The notes below the pieces were generated by a model, which searched no databases, was not told the DNA's origin, and worked only from the letters and a program-made list of their open reading frames with translations. Made by a program: the position numbers and the translations under genes. From the human T2T-CHM13v2.0 reference genome, Homo sapiens, in NCBI RefSeq assembly GCF_009914755.1, contig NC_060939.1: DNA of 64,000 nucleotides; one strand, 5' to 3'. Each line of letters begins with the position of its first letter. The stretch's first letter is position 1. Below are positions 36,068 through 64,000 of this stretch, one piece after another.

Positions 36068-36888
36068 TGGTTTTTTTCTTTTTCAATATTTATTTTAGGT
36101 TCGGGGGTATATGTGCAGGTTTGACACATGGGCAAATTGTGTGTTGCTGGGGTTTGGTGTGGAAACGATTTTGTCACACAGGTAGTGAGCACAGTATCCA
36201 ACAGGTAGTTTTTCGACCCTCATCCTCCTTCTTTGCTCCACCCTCAAAGTAGGCCCTGGTGTCTATTGTCCCCCTCTTTGTATCCATGTGTACTCAATGT
36301 TTAGCTCCCACTTATCAGTAAGAACATGCAGTATTTGGTTTTCTATTCCTGCATTAATTTGCTTAGGATAATGGCCTCCAGCTGCATCCATGTTGCTGCA
36401 AAGAACATGATTTCATTCATTTTTATAGCTGTGTAGTATTTCATGGTATACACGTACCACATTTTCTTTATCCAGTTCACCATTGATGGGCATGTAAGGT
36501 TAATTCCACTTGTTTGCTATTGTGAATAGTGCTGCAATGAACACATAAGTGCATGTGTCTTTCTGGTAGAATGATTTTATTCCTTTGGGTATATACCCTG
36601 TAATGGGATTGCTAGGTTGAATGGTAGTTCTGTTTTAAGTCCTCTGAGAAATCTCTAGACTGCTTTCCACAGTAGCTGAACTAATTTATATTCCCACCAG
36701 CAGTGTATAAGTGTTTCCTTTTCACCACCATCTCACCAGCATCTGTTATTTTCTGACTTTTTAATAATAGTCATTCTGACTGGTGTGAGCTGGTGTCTTA
36801 CTGTGGTTTTGATTTGCATTTCTCTAAAGATTAGTGATGTTGAACATTCTTTCATATGCTTTTTGGCCATATATATGTCTTATTTTGA
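36068..36888 (-). mobile_element. L1PA15/16-like 3' end
   Basis: ttttattttaggttcgggggtatatgtgcagg and a continuous L1 3' UTR / ORF2 end. Confidence 0.88.
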
Positions 36889-36899
36889 GACATATTTTG

Positions 36900-37161
36900 G
36901 TGTGGAAGTGGGGTAATCTTGGAAGTAGGTTCCTGATAAAAAGGATGAGCTGGGACCCCTTCTTCACCTTCCTTGCTAATGTGCATACTTACTTGCACTT
37001 CCAACTTCTACTATGGAATGATGCAGCAAGAAGTCCCTTGCAAGATATGGGTCCCTAGATCTTGGATTTTCCAACCTCCAGAATGGTAAGAAATAAATCT
37101 CTGTTCTTTATGCATTACTCAGTCTTGGGTATTCTGCAGCAGCACAAAACAGACTAAGACA
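36900..37161 (+). mobile_element. MSTD-like MaLR LTR, 3' part
   Basis: ttcctgataaaaaggatgag, AATAAA, ends agactaagaCA. Confidence 0.75.
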
Positions 37162-37422
37162 ATACTTTAGAATACAAATGGAAAACTGGAACCCCTAAGG
37201 TAATGAAGGGTGGAAGGGGCAAGATTCACATTATATCCCCTCATCCATGCAGGGATCGAAAACTGCAAAGATGACAATCAGTAAAGATACAGGTCAACTC
37301 AAATAGCGGACAAAGACAATTATTTCATTTTTGGAAAATCTGTATCAAGTCTGTTTAAATACAGTTCCATCTGCATAGTATAAAACATTCTCACATGGTA
37401 CTAAGATTGTTGTTACTTTTTA

Positions 37423-37623
<201 letters not shown>

Positions 37624-38344
37624 TTAATAATTTGCTTTTCTGTATAGTGTTTTATGATTGAATATAAAATACATCTTGAGAACCTTAAGGATAGAAAACT
37701 TATATTATTCAAATTTTCTACCTACCTCTTCTCCTCCCAGGCACTGTACTATTCCTTTGTGTGGTCAAATAAATGACTATTTGAATGAATAAATAAACAA
37801 TATATGAATGAGGAAACAAATGTATGGTAACTTATTTAGGGAGGAAAAGATTAAGTGGTCAATTCAGATCAACCTGCCCAGATACAATACATATGAAGCC
37901 ACAGAAGAGCAATAAAAAAGAACTATGTTAGGAATATAAACCCTGAATTTCAGATATGTTATGGTACTCATTGTTATGACTTCAGCAAGACAAACAATCT
38001 TTCTGGGCCTCACTGATGTGGATTAGCCCAGTGATTTTCAACCTGAGTTCCATCTGAGAAACCCAAAAATGTGCTGGCTGGGGCATAGAGGGGAGCAGGG
38101 GTACAGCAGAAATCTCATTAAAGAAAAGCATGCAAAGACCCCCCAAAAGAATTGAGCCACATATATTGGTTAGTGTTTTTCAACCCTGGCTACTTATGAA
38201 AACCAGCCGGAAAACTTTATTTTTGTTTTTTGACACCACTGACCCGAAGGCAGTGGAAAACTTTTTAAAGATTCCTCAGTTCTATATTGATTCAGAATCT
38301 GTGGAGAAAGATAAAGAATATGAGCTTTTCAAAAGTTCGTTGTT

Positions 38345-38661
<317 letters not shown>

Positions 38662-40236
38662 TGATCCTAAAGCAGGTAGGGCATGGATAGAGATTTGAAA
38701 ACTACTGCAGGGTAATGAGAAGTATCGAAAAGATTTTAAGATAAAGAATAACTACTAAAACACTGTGGCGGCAATGAGGCGGGTAGACCACAAGGGTGTC
38801 AATTCTAGCGGAGAAGGTCACTCTGGGGGATAGTTACAATATCCACGAGAAAGAATAAGGGGATTAGAGATAGATAAAATAAGATAAATCTGACCAATAT
38901 TAAAGATGTAGTTTTTTACTAGAATTGGCAAAATTAAATGAAAAGTTGTATCAAAATATGAGAATATAGTAGGCTGTATAGATTTTAAGGGATACTAAAA
39001 TGTTGAATTTTAGGACAATCAAGTGAATTCAGTAGACATTGTAAGTTCAGGCCTGGTGCTAAGACCAAAAGGCAGAGCTCCAGATGTACACTGAGGAACC
39101 ATTAGTTCATGGACAATACGTGGAAGGTTGACAAGTAAAAGAATGTAATATAAGAGGAAAAGAAACTTAAGCACATAATTTGGAAAATGAAACATTAATT
39201 ATTATTATTATTTTAAAGACAGGGTCTCAATATCTTGCCCAGGCTGGTCTCAAACTCTGGGCTTAAGCAATCCTCCCACCTCAGCCTCCCAAAGTGCTGG
39301 GATTACAGGCATGAGCCACAATGCCTGCCCTAGAAAATGCAACATTCAAAGCATGAGCAAAAATAAGAGTCCCTCAAGGAAATAGAGGAATAGCCTGAAA
39401 GATAGGAGGAAACTGAGAGAGCCGTATCACAGAAACCAAGGGAGAAGAACACTTTATGAGGGCAGAAGTGGACATTGACAAGTACATAGAAAGGCTGAGA
39501 AATACTAACATAAACCGGAAGTCATTAGTGAGTCAAGGGGCAGAAGCCAGTTTATAATGGGTTAAAGAGTAAAGAGAATATGAAATATGAGGGCAGACAG
39601 CCTTTGAAGGAGCTTGCTTGAAAGTAAGGAAGAGTAACAGGCCAAAGCTTGAAGATGAAGATTTGGTGGACTGATGAAACACTAAAAAAAATTTGCCTCC
39701 TAACTGACTTAAAACATAAATACAATTAAGACTCAGCAAAGCCAGGTGCAGTGGCTTTGCCTATAATCCCAGCTACTTGGGAAGCTAAGGTGGGAGGATT
39801 GCGTGAGGCCAGGAGTTTGAGACCAGCCTGGGCAACATAGCAAGACCCCTTCCCCTAAAAAAAAAAAAAAGACTCATTTTTTTGCACCTGTGTTATCAAC
39901 CAGTTACAAGACTGTTCTCTCATTCTCTATGTTTTTGTTTATAAAGGGGGTATAAGCTAGCAAGAATGGGTGCAATGGAGAACACAATAATTCACAATGT
40001 ACACAGTACATGTTGATCACTTAACATGTATTTTACATATATTTGCAAAATAGTGTTATCTATTACATTGTAGTAAGAATGAAAGGATAAAATGATGGTC
40101 ATTAGCAACTTACTCTTGTCCTCCAGCTTCAAAGAAACAATAAAAAATAAGTTAAATAGTGTTTTCCTTGTATTATCCATCCCTTAAGACTACTTTTCTG
40201 TCATGTACAGGGACCGTATCTATCTTGTTCTGGTAC

Positions 40237-41304
<1,068 letters not shown>

Positions 41305-41416
41305 GTACCTGGCACAATACCCACAATACCTGGCACAGTAAAGAGTGATTTAAATGCTCAATGAATATGTGTAAATAAATGAATAGAATAATGGCTAATA
41401 AAACATGCATAATATG

Positions 41417-41710
41417 GGCCAGGAGTAGTGGCTCATGCCTGTAATCCCAACACTTTGGAAGGCTGAGGTGGGAGGATTATTTCAGTCCAGGAGTTACCAG
41501 CCTGGACAACATGGCAAGGCCCCAACTCTACAAAAAATACAAAAATTAGCCAGGTGTGGGGGCACATGCCTGTAGTCCCAGCTACTCAGGAAGCTGCAGT
41601 GGAAGGCTCAGTTGAGTCTGGGAGGTCAAGGCTGCAGTGAGCTGTGATCATGCCACTGACTCCAGCCTGGGTGACAGAGTGAGACCCTGTCTCTAAATAC
41701 ATAAATAAAT
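41417..41710 (+). mobile_element. AluJ
   Basis: Diverged dimer. Confidence 0.9.
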
Positions 41711-42422
41711 AAGCATGATATGCACACATAATATGCAAGCATTTTATGCCAGTCTCTATATCAAGCATGTTACATGCATTTAATCCTGCCAATAATGTAA
41801 GTATTATTATATTCTCCATTTTTCAAATACAGAAATAGAGGCCTAGGGAGGTTACTTTGTCCAAAATTACAACCAGAACATGAAGCAGTTTAATTCCAGA
41901 GCCTTTGCTCTTAACCATTATGCCCAGAAATGACAGAAACAGATTTTAAAATCATGTAACACCTTGTCTATAAGTATTAAAACTAAAAGGGAAAGAAAGA
42001 CTGTGACAGAACAGAAACAGGACGACCTACTATATGCCAAGCACTAAACTAGGCACTAGAAATACAAGATAAATTAAGTAAGATCCATGCCCTCAAAGAG
42101 TTCACAGCCAAGATACGTAAACAAAAAAAGTAATACAGTATGAGTTCTATAATATTATACATAAACTGCTATGGATATAAAGAAGATTCAAAAATTTGGC
42201 TTATGAGGCTTCACATAAGCATTAAATCACTAGATTTTACAAGTTTTTGAGAAGAGTATTCTAAAAGGTCACCCACAAAGTCATAAAGGATCTAAGTACA
42301 TGTGATAAATAATTAATAGAGCTGACAGGCTAGAGGACTTGATACGAGTTAAGGTGGGCTGAGGTGGGAAGTAGGATCAGACAAGAAAAGTAAGCTAAAA
42401 CCTTATATGCCACTGTGGTATA

Positions 42423-43706
<1,284 letters not shown>

Positions 43707-43708
43707 TA

Positions 43709-44268
43709 ATATGAAATATATTTAGTCTCTGTCCCTGGTACTTGTCACCTGGTTTCTAAAACTTGTGGAATTTTCTGAGTGATAGAAATGTCTTTGTTAT
43801 TTATTACTCTTTTGATAACACCTGAGTTTATGTTAATCAGGTAACTTGGACGAAGCCCCTATATAATCAGGACAGGGGCAGTCACCAGAAAGACAAAGTG
43901 CTTAGAGGAGAGGATTGGAACTTTCAGCCTCACCCACCAACCTCCAGGAAAGGTGAGTGGGAGGGGCTAGAGATTAAGCTCTATAAAGACTCTTGAACAA
44001 TGAGATGTGTGAGCTTCTGGTTTGCTGAATAAGTGGAAGTGCTGGGGGGGTGGCCTACCCAGAGAGGGCACAGAAGCTCCCCACTCCCCCATACCTCACA
44101 CTTATCCATCTCTTCATCCAGCTGTTCATCTGTATCTTTTGCAATATCCTTTTTAATAAACTGGTAAACATGTTTCCCTGAGTTCTGTGAGCCATCCTAG
44201 CACGTTAATCAAACCCAAGGAGGGGGGAATCAAGGGAGCCCCAGGTTGCAGCCAGTCAGAAGTACAGT
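43709..44268. mobile_element. MER21-type LTR, partial
   Basis: aaatatattt.gtctctgtccctgg and tttccctgagttctgtgagcc motifs. Confidence 0.7.
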
Positions 44269-44269
44269 T

Positions 44270-47700
<3,431 letters not shown>

Positions 47701-48076
47701 GGACTACTGTTTTTCTTAACAAACTTTGTAGAACTCATTATTTTAAACTACTTGTATAACCTGGATCTTAATTAAAAATTAAAAATAAATCCTGTAATAA
47801 TCTTATTGAGGAAGAGGGAAAAAGCAAGTTAGTAGAATCACAATTTTTTTAAAGCATATACACTTTTGGACATTATATCTATGTGAAAAAAAGTGAAGTT
47901 CTTAATTGTACTTTGCTTCTTGTCTTTGAATCTTGTATGACCTGTGGACTTTTATAAATATTAGGACTATTATACATTTTTTAAAAGAAGAAAAAAAAGC
48001 AGGAATTACCCAAAGTGTGAGAAAAAAGAAGCAGTTTGCAGGTGAGAGGCTGTAAGCCTTAAGAAACTGAAAATAT

Positions 48077-48550
<474 letters not shown>

Positions 48551-49125
48551 TTATGAATAGTTTCTACTAAAGGCTGGGGAGTGACATAACTGTTTAGTAT
48601 GTTAGAAGGATCACTCTTGCAGCAAAACATTCAGGTGAATAGAAAATAAATCTTAGTGACTGAATTTAAGGGACACAGTGAGTTGCAGAACAGCATATAT
48701 AGTTTGATTCCATATGTTGTTGTGGAAGGTGGGTAATGGAGGGGGATTTTATATATACATACATATATAAACATATGGATGATTATATATTATTTTAGAT
48801 ATATGATTTTCTATATGTGTGCGTATATATGTGTATATATATATCTATACATAGATATATAGAGCTGATTATAATATGCATAGAACATTTCTGGAAGATA
48901 CACAGGAAACCGGTAACAGTAGATAACAGTGGGGAAGAAAGTGAGGGGCTTAAAGGAAACTTACTTCTCACTTTATTCTGTTGTGTTGATTTTCAAGTTT
49001 CTTATTGTGACCATTTACACTCTTAAAAATGTTTATTAGTGAAATGGAGGAAGGGTTTATGCACGAACTGGATATTAGTTATATATGAATGATACTAAAA
49101 CAAGATAAAGTATCAACGAGCCTAA

Positions 49126-49501
<376 letters not shown>

Positions 49502-50882
49502 ATTACCAACTATGTATACATTAAGTTCACAACACAAAATAGCTTTTAATTACATTACAATACAATGGGTATAAAGGGAAAAAGTAAAATATCTTCTCCT
49601 TTTCTGACTCCTCTGATTCTAATCACCTCAGGGGCTTCTTGAGTTATATGTGATTCCAAATGTTCTTTGTGCATATGGAGCATATATAAATATGTACGTG
49701 TGTTTTCAGGCAAAGACACACATATTCTATTCCATTTCAAGGAAATAGACCTCTGCTCCTTAAAATAATCTAGACCTATTCTCTACATGTCATTTTTCTA
49801 AATGAAAGCAGAGTAATGAGTAAACGAATCCTCAAGCCTACAGATAATGTTACATCTTCCAAGGAGAAAAACGTGAAAATGAACGTATTCAACAGATAGT
49901 TCTCAGAGACCTCCATACACCCTTTGGTGGAACAATGAACATCAACAAGGACAAGCAAAAAGTTACTTTAGGAGAAGAAAAATGCAGAGGATGAAATAAA
50001 CAAAAGAGTAGATTATATGTTTACATAAGGTTAAAGGATAGAATGAAGGGTAAGGATGTATCCCTAATCTTTCAGGTCCCAGTATGTAACTATTATGCCC
50101 TCCCACAAAAGGTCCCTGTGGAGCAATTTTCACAGTCTTCTATACTGGATAAACCAGTTGTCTAATCCAGAAATTACATATTTCTTCTATTCTTATGACT
50201 GGGAAAAAGGAGCAGTCATACTTTGCAGCAGTAGCTGGAGACTTCAGGGAAGTCTCCAGGGAAGGCAGAACAGGTGCAGTTCCTCTCCTATAACAGTAAC
50301 AGTAATAGTTACTTCTCCTGTAACAGTAACCAACTCTCAGCTTGTGCTCTGTAGCCTAAAAGGCAAAAATAAAATCCAGGACCAGTATTTCAGGGTAAAA
50401 AAAAAAATCCCTGAAAATCAAAGCAAAAGCATTTCCTCTTCATGACCTATAAAGAAAAATGTAGTTTTTCCTGAATTTATATGAGGCAAGACAAATTAAT
50501 TCCCAAATATCTCAACTGAGAATAAAATTGTTTCATTATCAAACAATGACATTTATTCTGTTATTTTTTGGTATTAGTTGGACCTCCACTCACTTTAGAT
50601 GATGGAAAGGAGAAAAATTTAAAATAATTAAATAATCCTTCAATTAATTACCTTCTCATCCAAGGGAAAAAACAGAAAAACATCAGTTCTACTCAGGATG
50701 GTACACTGAAAAATGAAAAAGTACAAGAGATGATGCTGATCACTCGCAGCATAAAGAGCTAACATGGAAAAGAAGGGCCAAACAACTTTCTATTCATCAC
50801 TGACTTAAGTAGTGATTTTTAAATATAACCAACATCGTCAGATTGAACATACTATGGAGCGAACACACATAAGAATAAACGA

Positions 50883-51384
<502 letters not shown>

Positions 51385-51513
51385 TAAAAGAAAAACATTT
51401 TGTTATGCTCAAGTAAATATTTATATACCAATTAGAAGCCAGTAAATGATGTATAAACTTTTAAAGATCCTAAGAAGATTTCCTTTGATAAAAAGATACA
51501 CTAAATATAAATA

Positions 51514-51720
51514 CAGCAAGTCCTCATTTAATGTCATTGAGAGGTTCTGGGCTTTAAGCAAAACAACATGTAACGTAATTCAGTCCTTGAAAAACCTTAT
51601 TGAGTTCAAAGTCATTCTGTCATAACGTTGGTGAGGAAAAACAATTGGTTTTGTTATACGTTGTTTTGCTTAAAGTTGCAGTTTCCAAGAACCTACTGAG
51701 ACTTAAGTGAGGACTTACTG
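51514..51720. mobile_element. TcMar-Tigger-type palindromic MITE (MER82-like; name uncertain)
   Basis: TA on both sides. TIRs cagcaagtcctcatttaa / ttaagtgaggacttactg. Confidence 0.8.
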
Positions 51721-52755
51721 TAATAGGAATTTTACAATATTCTGAATTCCTAAAACATTAGACCAACCTATATGCAAGAGAAAAAAAAAAAAAACCTCAA
51801 ATCCTTAAACCAAATGAAAATTTCCTGGAAGATCCAAGGGACTGGCTTCCATTATAATAAAGAGTTGACTGTCTATATGACACGGTCTTGGGACTCGGAG
51901 CCTTAGTCATCCAAAGGTAACTGTCAACGAGTATTTATAGCACTCTTCAGCAAATTATTACAGAACCTCAGTATTTATTTTTCTTACTCAGAAAAAAAAT
52001 CAACAATAAAGTTTATGAAGTAAATAACCAGAAATGGAATAGGTATGTTATCCTATCTTCCCACATCAATTTACAAATGTATGCTATAATTGAATATAAA
52101 GATACTTTGTGCTGTTATTTTGCCACTAAGCATAATATAAAAGTCAAGTTTAAATATACATAATCTCTGCTTTTTAAGAGGCCTACAATTTAAAAGAAAA
52201 TACAAATTTATTTCTTTATTTATTTTTGAGATAGAGTCTCACTCTGTTACCCAGGCTGGAGTCCAATGGCGCAATCTCGGCTCACAGCAACCTCAGGCCT
52301 CTCGGGTTCAAGTGATTCTCCTGCCTCAGCCTCCTGAAAATTTATTTTTTTAAGTATCATAACACAAGTTGAAAAGTGCACAAGATAATAAACAAGGCAA
52401 AATACAGTCCTTATTAAAACCTATTGAGAGAAGTGTGTTAGCCCAATAGCAATTAGTACCCTAGTGGTCATACTGTGGTCTCAATTGTTTCCCAATACAA
52501 GGAAACAGAGTTACTAGGAGAAACAAGGCTCCTGATTCTGAATATGGCACAGAAAAAGTTTAAGGAACATCTGAAATACTCTGCTGTGCCAGAAAACAAG
52601 GATGACATCAAAGAATACTGGAGTTATACAAGAAGAACACAGAAGCCAATGCAAAAGAGCTTCTACTGGTGAAAGATACGAAATTTAAGCTTCAAAAGGA
52701 TAATGATTTCAATGGTTTGAAATAAAATACAGAAAAAGGCATGAGTTCATAATGA

Positions 52756-53113
<358 letters not shown>

Positions 53114-53754
53114 CAAGACCACAACTTATTATTCTGAAAATTGATAAACAAAAGAGAAGAAAACTCAATCCCTTTATCCTGTCCTTCCTATACTAACTAT
53201 ATTTCAAGGGAAACAAATGATGGAATAACATTCTACTTTGTAGAATAATTCCAGTTAAGGAATTTAGAAGGAATCAGAGAATTAGGAAAACCACCATTTT
53301 GCAATCCCTAATGAAAACAATGAATGTAGGTGATAAATTCTTCCCAACAATAATAACAGCATGAATCTCATTAATCCTCTAGATCTAATTAGGAGTTCAC
53401 AAGAAATATGAAGGATGGAAGAACACATTAAAAGACACCACAAGGATGCAATCAGCCATATCCAGATTTCGGACTATTTTATCAAACTAAGAACTTCATT
53501 CCTTCAACAAAAAAAATGTGAAGGCAAGGGAAAAAAAAAAGTAGGTGAGAACAAACTGTGACATGGCAACAAAATATAATGCAATGTGCCTGCCTTGTAT
53601 ATAAATCCTAATTTGAACAAAGCCACCTGTAAAATGATATTTTTGAGACAATGGGAGAAATTAAATACTGGATAGATATGAGATGGTATTGTAAAATAAC
53701 GGTTAATTTTGTTAGGTTTTCAATACCACTGTGTTCACATTATTAAGAAAAGAA

Positions 53755-55240
<1,486 letters not shown>

Positions 55241-55679
55241 AAACCAAAGTTAATGGATTCACAAAATCACCAATCATCAACTAAGCTCTCACAGGCAAAG
55301 TAATGTCTGCCAAATTTTGATACATCTCCAAACACCCCCTACCCCATCTCCACAGATTCTCTGACTAGAAACTAGGAACACAAATCTATAAAACAAAGTA
55401 TATTTATCTATAAAGAATATTTTCATTACAAAAACAAAGGAGCCCCCATTTGTTAGACAGAGATACATACTCAAAAAATTATATGACGTCTATAATTTAT
55501 TTTAAAGTACTCCAGAAACGTGGGGAAAAAATGTTGAAGGGGTAGGATATATTTGCAACAATATTGGCCAAAATGCTGATGCTTATTAAGACTGAGCTGA
55601 GTTTTGGATACATGAATGTTCATTATATAATTCTATTTTGGTACATATTTAAATTTTTCATAATAAAAAATTAGAGTAA

Positions 55680-64000
<8,321 letters not shown>

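Noticed and set aside
50284-50331. Short direct repeat tctcct(a/g)taacagtaac as a regular array or CRISPR-like repeat
   Set aside because: There are only two copies, consistent with a slippage duplication. There is no repeat-spacer array anywhere in this eukaryotic intron.

Overview
This is primate (very probably human) genomic DNA from inside the tau-tubulin kinase 2 gene TTBK2, which is transcribed on the minus strand. Six GT-AG coding exons of the CK1-family kinase domain are present (74, 141, 105, 66, 93 and 126 nt; recalled as exons 4-9). They encode GKDHVCRF...HRDIKPSNF...DFGLAR...GTVRYAS...DDLWS...PDYQ. The rest is intron packed with Alus (over 50 copies or fragments), old and younger L1s, LTRs (MLT2A, MSTB, MSTD, MER57, LTR8-type, MER21) and DNA-transposon MITEs (Tigger3a, MER30, MER2, MER44A, MER33). 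Repeat subfamily names are from memory of consensus sequences, and repeat boundaries are approximate. Four observations stand out. (1) A stop-free +1 reading frame runs across five spliced exons, giving a 153-aa alternative ORF that the unspliced ORF track cannot show. (2) As a consequence, an exon 4-6 circRNA would encode a 198-aa ORF that crosses the back-splice junction twice. (3) Several template-switch or fold-back scars are visible, including a templated insertion copied from about 950 bp away and a composite Alu inside a single TSD. (4) An L1 fragment truncated at both ends appears to have been captured without poly(A) or TSD. No prokaryotic-type systems are present.
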